Source: Octopus sinensis (taxonomy: Eukaryota). Taken from it: a stretch of DNA of 64,000 bases. Shown in pieces: positions 1-13,549 of this stretch. A model generated the notes under the pieces. That model was not told the origin of the DNA. It saw only the letters and a program-made list of their open reading frames with translations, and ran no database searches. Position numbers and translations under genes: made by a program. The stretch is taken from the NCBI RefSeq assembly GCF_006345805.1, contig NC_043012.1:35836001-35900000 (forward strand), given 5' to 3'. Within the stretch, counting starts at the first letter, position 1, and the number at the start of each line of letters is the position of its first letter.

Positions 1-117
1 CTTTCCCATGCTGTCATGGGTTGGGCAGGACTTTTCAGGCTGTTTTTACAGCTAGATATTCTTCTTCATGCCAACCCTTTTAGTAACCTCCTATGACATG
101 TAGGGAAATGGGTTTTA

Positions 118-120
<3 letters not shown>

Positions 121-171
<51 letters not shown>

Positions 172-214
172 CATATATATATGATGTATGTATGTGTGTG
201 TGTATGTATGTGTA

Positions 215-300
<86 letters not shown>

Positions 301-310
301 GTATATATAT
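121..310. repeat. (TA)n/(TG)n compound microsatellite
   Basis: Directly visible dinucleotide runs. Confidence 0.95.
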
Positions 311-312
311 GC

Positions 313-425
313 ATTAGGAAGGTCATCCAGCTGTAGAAACTTTGCCAGATCAGGTTGGAGTTTGGTGCAGCCTTCTGGCTCGCCAGTCCTCAGTCAAACC
401 GTCCAACCCATTGATGATGATATGC
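313..425 (+). mobile_element. RTE-type 3' end / RTE-mobilised SINE fragment (family A)
   Basis: ttaggaagg(g)catccagctgtagaaac...ccgtccaaccca + (GAT)n tail; many copies in the window. Confidence 0.75.
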
Positions 426-711
426 ATGAAGTTGAGTGGTAAGAAGTTTGCTTCCCAACCAAATATTCATGGGTTCCGTCCCATTGCATGGCAGCCTTGT
501 GAGTGGATTTGGTAGATGGAAACTGAAAGAAGCTCATCTTATACATATATATATATATGGTGGGGTGGCAGTATCTAAGAGGACAGAGAAAAGGCTACTT
601 TGTAGATCTCCACACAATGGGAAAACAATTAAGTTAAGCAATTTGAGTCAAGTTGGAAAAAAAATGATGCAATCAAAACATAACACATTGTTAACAGCAT
701 TTATATATATA

Positions 712-848
712 TCCAGCTGTAGAAACACTGCCAGACTAGACTGGAGCCTGGGGCAGTCCCGAGCTCCCCAGACACCGGTCGAAACCGTCCAACCCGTGCT
801 AGCGCGGAAAACGGACGTTAAACGATGATGATGATGATGATGATGATA
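712..848 (+). mobile_element. Family A repeat, 5'-truncated
   Basis: ccagctgtagaaacactgccagac...ggaaaacggacgttaaacgatgatg. Confidence 0.8.
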
Positions 849-1069
849 ACATATATATATTTTTTCCATGAGTTGGAAAGTTTGACTGAGGTCTGGAGAG
901 CCAGCGGCTATACCAGGCTCCGACCTGATCCAAGAGTGTAGCGGGAGCTTTTTATGAGCATTGCCACAGAACCCAGTCAGGTGGGCCTGGCATCGATTAC
1001 ATTCGGATGGTGTCTTTTATGTGCCACCGGTACAAGTGCCAGTCAGGTAGATCTGGCATCAAGTATGGT

Positions 1070-1074
1070 ATATA

Positions 1075-1105
<31 letters not shown>

Positions 1106-1247
1106 ATAAATGTACATATGTATATATATATGTGTGTATATATAAATGTATATGTATATGTGTGCATATATATACACACACACACGCATATCTATATATG
1201 TATAAGTTATATATATATTATGTATATACTTATACATATATATATAT

Positions 1248-1302
<55 letters not shown>

Positions 1303-1346
1303 ACATATACTTATATATATTATATATACTTCTATCTATCTAATCT

Positions 1347-1378
<32 letters not shown>

Positions 1379-2080
1379 GACATATATATACACACAGACA
1401 AGCACATACACACACTACACACATATATTTTACTCGTTCAGTCATTATCATTAACACGCGTCCGTAAGCTCATATATATCCCAGACACACATGAAATACA
1501 CGTCTGTGAGTTATAAATCATTATGTCCACCGCAAATACATCCCACCCAACCGACCGAGGTGTAGATAATACTTAAAGGAACTCTGCTTATTCCTCTTGT
1601 CTTCTCTGTCACTTTACCAATTTTTCTATTTTGTATTCAGTTCCATTCTTTCACACCTGCCACAAACACATAGATGCAAAACCTACCTTGATGCCATAAA
1701 TAGACGATTTCCATTTTACCGTTTCCTTTTAGTAATCTTTCAATGTCCAACTCAACAGTGTTAATATCTAGCAGACTCATCAATACATACATATATGTGT
1801 ATGCATATGTGTGTGTGTATGTATAAATATGTATATATATATACATATACATATATATATGTATGTATGTATGTATGTAAGTATTATGTACGTATGTATG
1901 TGTGTATGTACATACATACTTACGTATGTATGTGTGTGTGTATGTATATATGTGTGTGTGTATTTAAATCTAAGTATATGCATGTACATGCGTGTGTGCA
2001 TGTATGTGTATATGTGTATTATATATATATATTATATATATATATATTAATATATATATATATAATATATATATATATAT

Positions 2081-2113
<33 letters not shown>

Positions 2114-2221
2114 ATGTATAAATATGTATATATATATATATATATATATATGTAAGTATATGTATATGTGTATGCATTTACATATATGTATATATATATG
2201 TATGTGTGTGTTTGTATATAT

Positions 2222-2252
<31 letters not shown>

Positions 2253-2385
2253 TATATTATATATATATATTATATATATATGTGTATGTGTGTGCGTATA
2301 TTTGTATACATGCATATATATATTTGTTTGTTTTTCTTTTAATATATGTATATACATATACATACATACATACATACACACACAC
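1070..2385. repeat. Two compound (TA)/(TG)/(CATA) microsatellite fields around a unique island at ~1420-1790
   Basis: Direct inspection. Confidence 0.9.
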
Positions 2386-3157
2386 ACTGCTCTGGGGACT
2401 ATTGCTCTTATTGTTCCAAAATTCCTCAGACTAATGAAAGCTGCCATTTCTCACGGATTCCCATCAACTTTCTACAATTACTTGGTATAGTTCTATTAAT
2501 TTATTGATCTTCCTTGAGAAAATAGCTTTCTCCCACTGAAGTCCGAAATTTCTTCAGGTTTTTCCACTCAAGCCACTTCCAGTGCCAAACAACTAATTGA
2601 TTTATTCTACACAAATCAGGAGAGAAATCTGATGCATCTCAGTTACATTTCGGTTTATCCTGGCACCTGGTTATATAAATGGCACCAACATATAGCAACT
2701 GACCAGAACTAATTATTGGATTTACAATCTGAGTGTCCATTCTTGTAAGAATTTAATTCAAATATTCAGCATGATGGATCCTGTTATCCTTCCAATCTTT
2801 TATACCTAACTTACTAAATTTTGGCATCACAGTATTTTCACCTTATGAATATTCTTTAGGCCCAACATAGTTCTGTCTGTCTGTCTCATGCAGACAGTGA
2901 CTCCCAGTAGATGGTTAAACTTTGGAAGTTGTATTCATTCTGACGTTTTTCTTAATCTGAGAAATAATTGTTTAATGATTGCATGTGAGGGTAGGGATAA
3001 AATGGCTGTGTTGTTAACAAATTTGCTTCATAATTATGTGCATTCAGCTTCAGCCACACTGCATGGTACTGGAGCAAGAGTATTCTACTATAATACTGGG
3101 CCAACTAAAGCCTTGTGGATTTGGTAGATGGAAACTGAAAAACCCAAACCCATCGTA

Positions 3158-3194
<37 letters not shown>

Positions 3195-3202
3195 GTAAAA
3201 AG

Positions 3203-3378
3203 CACCCACTACACTCACGGAGTGGTTGGCGTTAGGAAGGGCATCCAGCTGTAGAAACATTGCCAAATTAGACTGGAGCCTGGTGCAGCCTTCTGGCTTC
3301 CCAGAACCCCGGTCGAACCGTCCAACCCATGCTAGCATGGAGAACGGACGTTAAACGACGATGATGATGATGATGATG
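3203..3378 (+). mobile_element. Family A repeat
   Basis: aaaagcacccactacactcacggagtggttggcgttaggaagggc...(GAT)n. Confidence 0.85.
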
Positions 3379-3664
3379 TATGTATGTATGTATGTATGTA
3401 TGTGTGTGTATATATCGCTTGACAACCAATGCTGGTGTGTCTATGTCCCCGTAACTTACCAGTTCAGCAAAAAATGTGACAGAATAAGTACTAGGCTTAC
3501 CAAGAATAAGTCCAATTTGCTCGACTAAAGGCGGTGCTCCAGCATGGCCGTAATCAAATGATTGAAACAAATAAAAGAATAAAAGAAAAAAAATATCTAT
3601 ATACACATATATGCAACTAGCTGGTATTCTGTTGATTATGATGATGAGGGTTCCATTCATTTGA

Positions 3665-4052
3665 TGAACGGAGGAGCCTGCTTGTGGAATTCATGTGCAA
3701 GTGGCTGAACACTCCACAGACACGCGTACCCTTCACATTGTTCTCAAGGAGATTGAGCAAGACACAGAATGTGACAAGGCTGGACCCTTTGAATTACAGG
3801 TACTGCTCATTTTTGCCAGGTGAGTGGACTGGAGCCCCATGAAATAAAGAAACTTGCTCAAGCACTTAATGTGCCACTGGTAAACAGATTCACAACTACA
3901 CATGATAGGAAATTTCTGACTGCCAAATTCAGTCACAAGTCTTCAGTCGGCTCAAGACTACAGCAGAAGGCCCTTACCCAAGGTGTCACACAGTGAGACT
4001 GAACCTGAAACCATGTGGTTGAGAAGCAGGTTTTCTAACCACACAGCCATGC
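3665..4052 (-). mobile_element. Adjacent tRNA-derived SINE fragments (family B body, family C head)
   Basis: Reverse complement matches the + copies at 37335-37660 and 57287-57400. Confidence 0.65.
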
Positions 4053-4174
4053 TATATATTAAAAATGGGGAAGGATGGTTTATGGGATTACTTTAGGTTT
4101 TCCATCCATAAAGGGTTTAGCTTTATGGTGTCTCATCAGATCCCAAAACCTGTTGGCCAAAGACCTCTTATATA

Positions 4175-4210
<36 letters not shown>

Positions 4211-5134
4211 CTAGTTGAGTATCCTGTTGTTGCCAGGCAATTTTCACAATAGAATACCTTTATTTCAATTATTTTATGAGAAACTGGTTAGAGTTAGCAT
4301 CAGGAAAGGTAGTCAGTTGTAAACAAAACCTCAATAATATATTTATCTAACCCATGGGGAAACAGATGTAAAAAGAAATAAATAACGAACAATTTCAAAT
4401 GTAAAAAAAATTGGTATCAAAAGCAAAAGAAATATCTCAAAGTTTAGAGAAGTGATTTGGGAGGTTTTGTTATAGATCTTGCCGTTTCACTTGTCACATT
4501 AATAGTAAACTGAGTAACTGCATAATCTATTTGAAACCTGTAAGGAAAAATATGCTAGTAAATTACCTAAAATGTATCTCATTTGAGTGCCAGGAGTGGG
4601 AGGAAAACATAAATTGGTTCCAGAATTTAAATAATTTTTCATTTGTTTGAGGACTAAAGAATTGTTTGAAAATCTGACGTGTCTTTCGATTGCGGAGGAG
4701 AATATTTTTAACACACCCATTCTTGAAAGGTTAATTTTATTTATTTATTTTTTTTGTTTTTTCTTAATATCCTAACCTTTTTAATCCAACACACTTCAGT
4801 GGTCACGCTTTTGACAAACTTCTATTTCTGTGAAAAATATTCTTCATTTTTACTATCTTTCACTCAAAATCTTCAATTACCTTCACAATTTTTTTTTCAT
4901 GTAAAAACATTTAATATAACAGACTCTCTGGCAAATGCCATTCCTTGCAGAATTCCTCCAGGGCAATAAATTGACAAAAAGCAATGATTTTAATCTATCT
5001 TCCAAGACTTTCATCTTAGATTTCATTTTTAACTTCTCTAAACTTAAAATACGGCTACATTCCAGCATTTCCTGCACAAAATGTCAACTTGGCAGAAGTC
5101 AAAACCATTATTATTATTATTATTTTAATATATA

Positions 5135-6232
5135 AGATGGTGAATTAGTAGAATCGTTAGCATGCTGGGCAAAATGCTTGGTTTCATTTTGTCCATCTTT
5201 GCGTTCTGAGTTCAAATTCTGCTGAGGTCGACTTTGCTTTTCATCCTTTCAGGGTCATTAATACAAGTACCAGTTGAACACTGGGGTCAATATAATCTAT
5301 TTATCCTCGCCCCTGAAAATGCTGGCCTTGTGCCAAAATTTGAAATTATCATCATCATCATTATTATTGTTAATATTATTATTATTATTATTATCATTAT
5401 TATTAAAAGTGAAGGCACATGGTGTAGTGGTTAAGGTATTCGGCTCATGGTCACAAGGTTGAGAGTTCGAATTCAAGTAACACCTTTGTGTCCTTGAGTA
5501 AAACACTTTATTTCACATTGCTGCAGTCCACTCAGCTGGCAAAACTGAGTTGTACCTGTATTTCTAAGGGCCAGCCTTAATCTCTACTTTAAGGGCCACT
5601 TCAGACTGTTTTGTTGAACTGACATTGTCATAACTGACAAAGAGCTGTGCCACTACTACTACTGGTATTACTACTACTATTAGGTTGTATCTCATCCTTT
5701 GATATTGTCCTTCTTGTCTTAGACCCTTGTGGCCAATAACAGAAATCCTCCTCCTCATCATCGTCATCATTATTATTATGATTGTTATTGTTATTATTAT
5801 CAAGGCATTGAACTGGTAGAATCGTTAGCATGCCGGGAGAAATGTGTAGTGGTATTTTGTCTGTCGCTATGTTCTGAGTTCAAATTCCACCGAGGTCGAC
5901 TTTCACTTTCATCATTTCGGTGTCAATGAAATAAGTACCAGTCAAAAACTGTGATCGATTGTCCTACTCCCCACAAAAATACAGGAATTGTGTCTATAGT
6001 AGAAAGGATTATTATTGTTGTTGTTGTTATTAAAGTGGCAAGCTAGCAGAAACGTTAGCACACTGGATGAAATGCTTAGCAGTATTTCGTCTGTTGTTAC
6101 GTTCTGAGTTCAAATTTTGCCGAAGTTGACTTTGCCTTTCATCCTTTTGGGGTCAATAAATTAGTACTAGTTAAGTGCTGGGGTCAATGTGATTGACTGA
6201 CCCCCTCCCCACAAAATCCAGGCCTTGTGTAT
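5135..6232 (+). mobile_element. Head-to-tail stack of four tRNA-derived SINEs (D, B, D, D) separated by (ATT/ATC)n
   Basis: Family D core gttctgagttcaaatt...gcctttcatcctttcggggtc...aagtaccag at ~5135, ~5805, ~6035; family B head ggcacatggtgtagtggttaagg at ~5410. Confidence 0.8.
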
Positions 6233-6280
6233 TATTATTATCATTATTATTATTATCATCATTATTATTATTATTATTAA

Positions 6281-6328
<48 letters not shown>

Positions 6329-6330
6329 CA

Positions 6331-6866
6331 TGGATGGATCTGGCTGTCAACTGAATCCATTGTGAAGATCACCATGCCGCCTTCCTTTAACCAGGAAGGA
6401 AAGGCTGTGCTTATTTGCCTGGTGACCATGACAAAAAAGGTTGTATGGTGGACGAGATTGAAGGGGCAGAAGCCAATCCCTGATCAACTTCTTCAAGTTG
6501 AGAAGAAAAATAAGGGTAGAGAGGGAAGTGTTGTCTTCTAGCCAGTTTGCTGAAAGGTGGATGGAAGTGGCAAGAATGGTGCAAGTGAATGGACCTGCCC
6601 TGAGCATAGGCTTGTAGTTGGAAAAAAGGAAAGGAAAAGAGGCACCTGCCTCAAAAGTCAGGGTACCCATGGTCTTTTATGGAGTTTTTTCCATGAGCAG
6701 ACATTGAACGTCTCCTCCCTACTGAGGATCACGCATTGTTGATTTTTGAAAATTTTGTTAGTTTTGTTTACATTCAAAACCCTCACAACACACACACATT
6801 CTTTGCTTCATCCTGTGCTGTCCATAATGTTTGTCTTAATGTAAACCTTTGTGGTTAATAAAGAAA
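6331..6866 (+). mobile_element. 5'-truncated L1/Tx1-clade LINE 3' end
   Basis: LSTESIVKITMPPSFNQEGKAVLICLVTMTKKVVWWTRLKG, then a frameshift to SLINFFKLRRKIRVEREVLSSSQFAERWMEVARMVQVNG (Tx1-like ORF2 C-terminus, recognised from memory); 3' UTR with AATAAA at 6857 followed by (ATC)n. Confidence 0.6.
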
Positions 6867-7659
6867 TCATCATCATCATCATCATCATCATTATTATTAC
6901 TATTATTATTATTTATCTCAGTTCAAATTCTTCTGAGGCTGGCTTCGCCTTTCATCTTTTCAGGATTGCCAAAATAAGCATCACTTGAGTACTGGAGCCA
7001 ATGTAATCAAGTAGTTGCCTCCCGCCAAAATTTCAGGCCTTTTGCCTATCATAGAATAGGATTATTATTGTTGTTGTCGTTGTTGCTGTTGCTATTCTTC
7101 TTATCATTACTTGCTACTTGAGCAAATTGTCTGCTTTCAACTCAAGTGCCAATCTCTGGCAGAAATCTTCTTCCTTTTTTTTTTTTTCTCTTTTCTTTTG
7201 TCTTCTTATTCAAATGTTCAATAATGTTTAATAGATACAGCACAGATTTCTAGTTTGCCACTGAGTGGTCAGCTGATACAGTGCGGCAAAATCGAACTAT
7301 TTCATTTGACAGTCTCGCAGACAATAACAACAACAGCAGTAACCAGATTCTGAAGAAATTGGTGATGGTCTGCGGCGGTAATAAAATAAAAAAATAAATA
7401 ATAAGGGAAAGTCACATGATATTTTACATATTTTAACTTAATTAAATAAAACAGTTCCACCATTTTGAATGATTCCTGCAAATTTTCTTGATTTGGTCAA
7501 ATATATCTGCTACATAATTTGTTATTGAGTAACAGGATTTCCAGTCTTTTAGATCTAAGCTTCAAGCCTGTTAATTTACAAACACAAATCGTTTAGAGAA
7601 TGTTTTAATGGTTTCCCTGACAGATCAATAAGTGAGCGATTCTAATTATGAACATAGCT

Positions 7660-7694
7660 ACAACTATCTATCTATCTACAGCTATCTATCTACA

Positions 7695-7760
<66 letters not shown>

Positions 7761-7845
7761 CATATCTATCTTTCTATCTATCTACATATCTATCTTTCTA
7801 TCTATCTACATATCTATCTTTCTATCTATCTATCTATCTTTCTAG

Positions 7846-7890
<45 letters not shown>

Positions 7891-7920
7891 AATTTAGCTA
7901 TCTATCTATCTATCTTTCTA

Positions 7921-7958
<38 letters not shown>

Positions 7959-7965
7959 AATTTAG

Positions 7966-8039
<74 letters not shown>

Positions 8040-8040
8040 G
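7660..8040. repeat. (TATC)n tetranucleotide array
   Basis: Direct inspection. Confidence 0.95.
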
Positions 8041-8099
8041 TTTCCCTGCATATTTATCTACTCATCTCTCTCTTTCTGTACACACACACGCACACACTG

Positions 8100-8132
<33 letters not shown>

Positions 8133-8488
8133 TACATACATGTATATATATATATTTATAGATACACACACACACATATATATATATATAGAAAGACATA
8201 GATATATGCATATATGTATGTATGTGTGAGTATATAAATATACGTGTGTGTGTGTGTGTACAAATGTAGTATCATATAAGTATATATTTACACAGGCACA
8301 TAGGTATGTACAGACATAAATGTATATTTGCCTGTCATGTATATATCAAGGGGTGACATCCAGACAATATTATCACCCGATCGAAACAGACTTCACTGAA
8401 TAATTAAACTTGTTCCTGTTGTTCATGATGTGGGTTGTCGAAACACAGTTTACTCACACAGCAATGATGTTATACTAAAAATATATAA

Positions 8489-8830
8489 TCATCATCATCA
8501 TCATTTAACGTATGTTCTCCGTGCTAGCATGGGTTGGACGGTTCAACTGGGGTCTGGAAAGCCAGGAGGCTACACCAGGCTCCAGTCTGATCTGGCAGTG
8601 TTTCTACAGCTGGATGCCCTTCCTAACGCCAACCACTCCGTGAGTGTAGTGGGTGCTTTTTATGTGCCACTGGCACAGGTGCCAAGGGAAGCTGGCCATG
8701 GCCACGATCGGTTGGTACTTTTTACGTGCCACGGTAGGCTGGCAATGGCCACGATCAGTTGGTGCTTTTTACGTGCCACCGGCACGGAAGCCAGTGAAGG
8801 CAACGCTGGCATCGGCCACGTATGGATGTT
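8489..8830 (-). mobile_element. Family A repeat, long copy
   Basis: (CAT)n then tttaacgt...ccatgctagcatgggttggacgg...tgggtgctttttatgtgccac with internal gtgccacc repeats. Confidence 0.85.
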
Positions 8831-9148
8831 GATAATGATGATATATAATGATATATAAAAACAATATCACTAAAGAGCATTTATGTAAGATTTCATTGGT
8901 GCACATGGTGCTCAAAACTGCACATGGTCAAGATATTTCATACATGCAGCAAGAAATAGTTTTTATGTCCACTTGTCAAAGAACGAGACTACAACTTCAA
9001 CACTTTAATAATGACAGATGCCACAGGCAGGAAGCGGCTTCCTTTTTTTGTCTCTAAGTTAACTACATTCATGATGGCAGACAGATATTTTATACATGTA
9101 TATATATGAGCGTGTATATACATGTGTGTGCATATAAGAATTATAATT

Positions 9149-9182
<34 letters not shown>

Positions 9183-9551
9183 CATATATACATATACACA
9201 CACACATATATGTGTGTGTGTGTTGTGTGTGTGTTGAGTGTATATATAAATATATATATACATATACACACACACATATATATGTGTGTGTGAGTGTGTG
9301 TTGTGTGTATGTATGTATAGTTGAAAAGTGTGTTTTTACATACATGAAGACAAGTAGGCATTAACCAACTACAGGACTCAATACAAGCGTAAGGCCTTTC
9401 TCTTTTTAATTTTACTGACAGTAACTTTGAAGTTTCACTGACTATATGGCTTATTAAAACCACTGAACAGATTTAATAAGCCAAATACTCAGTAAGCTTT
9501 TGAAGTTACAGTCAATGAAATTACAATACATATACATACATACATATACAT

Positions 9552-9613
<62 letters not shown>

Positions 9614-10900
9614 CTCTGATCCTCTCCTACATAGTGTCGTTAGCTTTCAAATATTCAAATATTCCTTTCTACATTAAACATGTTGACACTATCTCAAATA
9701 TTGCTTTTCATGTAGAGGTGTATTGAATTTCTTTAATGTCAAAACTATTATATTTCCCTACGGCAAGCAATTCTGCCAGGAGATCTGACTAGCAGATAGT
9801 ATCAGCAATTTGGGAAAAACCAATGGAAGACCAGTTTCCTTGGTTCGATCGGAAAATCAACTGCTACCACCATCACAACCGCCGCCACCACCACTACCAC
9901 CACCACCACCACCACCATCACCACCACCACCACCACCACCACCACTGCCACAACCACCACCACCACCACTGCCACTGCCATTACTTTGCCAACTAATGAA
10001 CAACTTTGTGAATTTACTCAATGATTATTTCATCACTGCTTCAGCAAGTACTCCATTGAAGTGTGTGTTTCACTGATGAGTTCATAATAATATTGAAACA
10101 TGTCACAATTGTTTCCCATACGTTGATGAAATAATTAAGATGAGGTTGGCATCTGGAAGGGTATCCAGCCTTAGAAAAAATTGCTCCAACGTATTCTCAT
10201 ACAAGCCATGCAAACATGGAAATATTGACCTTAAAACGATGTTGCTGATGATGATGAAGATGAAGATAATGATGCTGATGATGATGATATTAGTCGTTGA
10301 CTTGTTTTGTTTTTACCTCCTGACTGCATAATTTAGCTGAGTTGATATTTTTATTGTCTTAAATAATCTCAGCTAACTTATCTGTCTGTGTGTCTTTATA
10401 TCTGCCTCACCACATATTATCATGTACTCATCTCTTTTTACATTGTTGTTGTTGTTGTCATTGTATGCTAGCATGGGTTAAGCAAATACATATGAGCTGA
10501 AAAGTTCCTGGTTTTAAGGGTATTGTGAAAGGCCTGATTGGAGGCCCAACCTTCTGAGTTCTTTTACAGGGCTCAGAAAAACTGAAGGACCACGGCAATA
10601 AGTGTGTGAATCTGAGAGGAGAATACTTTGAATGAAATCATAATTAACTGATCTTCCTGTATTTCCTTTTACTCAAAACCTGAACTTTTCAGCCCCACCC
10701 CCTCGTATTATTGAGAAACTGTTTTACAGTCAGATGCCTCTTTCTGTCATTAACCTTTACCTGTTTTTTGAGTAAGGTAGAATACACTTCATTCATCATT
10801 GAAAGTGCAATGCTCCTGGACAACTTACTGATGTGGAAATGACAGCAAACATCGTCGTTGCTCAGAAATTTCTTCGGACAATCACAAATGTCATCAAACA

Positions 10901-10937
<37 letters not shown>

Positions 10938-11264
10938 ACGATAAGCTTGTACAATTTTCATCAACTAAATTCACTAACAAGGTGTTGGTTGGCCCAAACT
11001 ATAGTACAAAGTATCTGCCCCAGGTGCCATGCGGTGGAACTGAACCAAAAGCAGCAGGGTCATGAAAGAAACTTCTTAACCACATAGCCATGGTTGGGCC
11101 TAGTCATCCCCATATCCATAGCCCACATCTGCCCCTTGTGTTCAATATGTGCAGACTAACTTCTTATTGATGTGACAACTCAGGAAAACTTGCAATGTAT
11201 CTTTTTTTGTAAAGAACATATAAATTATAGCTAAGAGGGGAACTCAATGCTATGAGCACAAAAC

Positions 11265-11303
<39 letters not shown>

Positions 11304-11304
<1 letters not shown>

Positions 11305-11834
11305 GCTCTCATGGCTTCTGATCTTAACTGATTGGAAGTGTTATCATGTACATTGCTTTGTCTTGGTATAAAAGATGGGCTAGAGCAAATATTCTGCTCA
11401 ATACCACAGATTTGCTTGTTAGTTGTTTGACCTTAACCAGTTGAGCATGTCCCTTAGTGGCTGACGATATGTGCATCTCTGATCACGAGCAGAAGTAGTG
11501 GGGGAGCATCATAGCCATGTGTTGAGAGGGATTCTTTGGGGTTTGAATAGTTCACCTCTGGAAACATGGGTGTTTCGTTCAACATCCTAAAACAACCCTT
11601 ATTCAGGGACCTTTTGAGTAGGATGGGCTACTCGACCTGAAGAAAATTCTAACTGGGCCCCACCTGCAAGGTCATGTGCTGTTTATCTTGATATGAGATC
11701 ACCATGTCGCTCACATATGGTTGTGATGCATGTGCCTGGTGTATCCTTGTCAGACGGGTAGTCATGATGGGTATGCTGGGCTTCGTATATTTTACCTCAG
11801 TGTCACTTTGATGGCATGCACTGCTCTCTCACTC
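11304..11834. mobile_element. ~530-bp interspersed element embedded in (AAT)n
   Basis: Sharp switch from perfect (AAT)n to complex, GC-richer sequence and back; resembles a repeat I recall from octopus sequence. Single copy here, class unknown. Confidence 0.55.
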
Positions 11835-11861
11835 AATAATAATAATAATAATAATAATAAT

Positions 11862-12075
11862 CCTTTCTATTGAAAGCACAAGGCCTCAAATTTAGGGGAA
11901 GGGATTAAGCCAATTACATCAATCCCAATGCGTAACTGGTACTTGTTTAATTGACCCTGAAAGGATGAAAGGCAAAGTTGACCTTAGCAGAATTTGAACT
12001 CAGAACAGAGCAACGGGTGAAATACTGCTAAGCATTCTGTTCAGCATGCTAACGATTCTGCTAGCTTGCCGCCTT
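11862..12075 (-). mobile_element. Family D SINE
   Basis: Reverse complement of the family D consensus (aaggatgaaaggcaaagttgacc...aatttgaactcagaac). Confidence 0.8.
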
Positions 12076-12859
12076 AGTAATAATAATGATAATGATGGTG
12101 ATAATAATATAAGAATAATACTAGTAATAGGTGACTGCCCCAGGTGTCAGGAAGACACCCAGCAAGAAATGGAAACAATTGAAAGAAGACACTAATGAAA
12201 ATAATGGTAATAATAATAATAATAATAATAATCCTAAGTCGATTAGAATTACACCTGTAAATGAAGAAAAAAATTCATTATTTATAATGATAAGATAGGC
12301 AAGGAGACAATTCTAATTTTTTTTTTTTGTATTTTAGCCATTTTTTTATTTTTCTTTTCCAACTTAGAATACAGGCAGCTATTGGATTATCTCTTAATCC
12401 AAACAGAGAAAAGGGCAGCAGAAACAAAAACAAAAAACAAAAAAAAAATGCACTTGTGACATAAAGCAAATACTTCAATCTTGATAAGATGAATTCTTTA
12501 GATGAAGTAGAACCAACTATTGAAGAATTATGGTAAGTGCTGAGACGAAATTCCTTAGAAATGTCAAATTCATGTGAATGGAACAAAGCTGGTTTCTGTT
12601 TTTAAACAAGTTCTTTCTCTTTCTTGCATTCTTTTTGTTTGAGAAATGGCAAAAATAGGAAACCATCACATTTGATGTTGGCAGAAACAGCTAACCCAAA
12701 ACCCCGTGCAATGAAGGCCCTTTCAGTCAACTGTTCAGGTGTGACTGATGTCAGTAGGGAAGGCCACGGCCAATCCGATATTGTTGTGAGGGAACTGTAA
12801 CAGGAAACGGGGAATTGGTGAGCTGAGAAAAGTATGGGATGGTGAAATAATAGCAGGGT

Positions 12860-12923
<64 letters not shown>

Positions 12924-12958
12924 GCTACTACTGCTGCTGCTGCTGCTACTGCTGCTGT

Positions 12959-13010
<52 letters not shown>

Positions 13011-13325
13011 ACTACTACTACTACTACTACAACATCATATATACACATGTACATATGTTCAAACCTACATACTTACATACATACAAGCATACATACATAC
13101 GTACATACATACTTACATACATACATGCATACATATATGCATACATGCATACATACTTACATACACACATACTTACATACATACATGCATGCATACTATA
13201 CCATACATACATACAAGCATACATACATGCATACATACTCTACCATACATACATGCATACCATACCATACCTGCATACATGCATACATATATACATACCT
13301 GCATACATACATGCATACATACAAA
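12860..13325. repeat. (TAC)n-(TGC)n-(TAC)n followed by degenerate (CATA)n
   Basis: Direct inspection. Confidence 0.95.
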
Positions 13326-13549
13326 AATACCCTGTTGTTGATGTTGAAACTCCAATGAGGGAACTTCGGATCTAGGTTAGAAAGCAATTCTTTCTCTGTT
13401 GGGAAGAAATCTTGAAATAAACTGAATAATGATACACACATACTTACACACAATATAAAAATGTTAAAATATGGAGGTTGTAAAACATATGAGGAAGGAC
13501 AAGACAGAGTTACATAATAATGAGGGGAGGAGCAACGATGTTATACATC

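Noticed and set aside
1442-1760. Plus-strand 22-nt micro-exon (1442-1463) spliced to 1640
   Set aside because: Splice signals are plausible, but the peptide is unrecognisable, the downstream donor is weak, and it conflicts with the antisense candidate.
7235-7370. CpG-containing island with exon-like frames on both strands
   Set aside because: The best + frame needs the fourth AG after the pyrimidine tract, and the minus frames end in stops with no recognisable product; cannot be supported.
9005-9043. Minus-strand CGICH resembling the first RIM zinc-finger knuckle
   Set aside because: Wrong strand relative to the RIM-like exon and followed immediately by a stop; coincidence.
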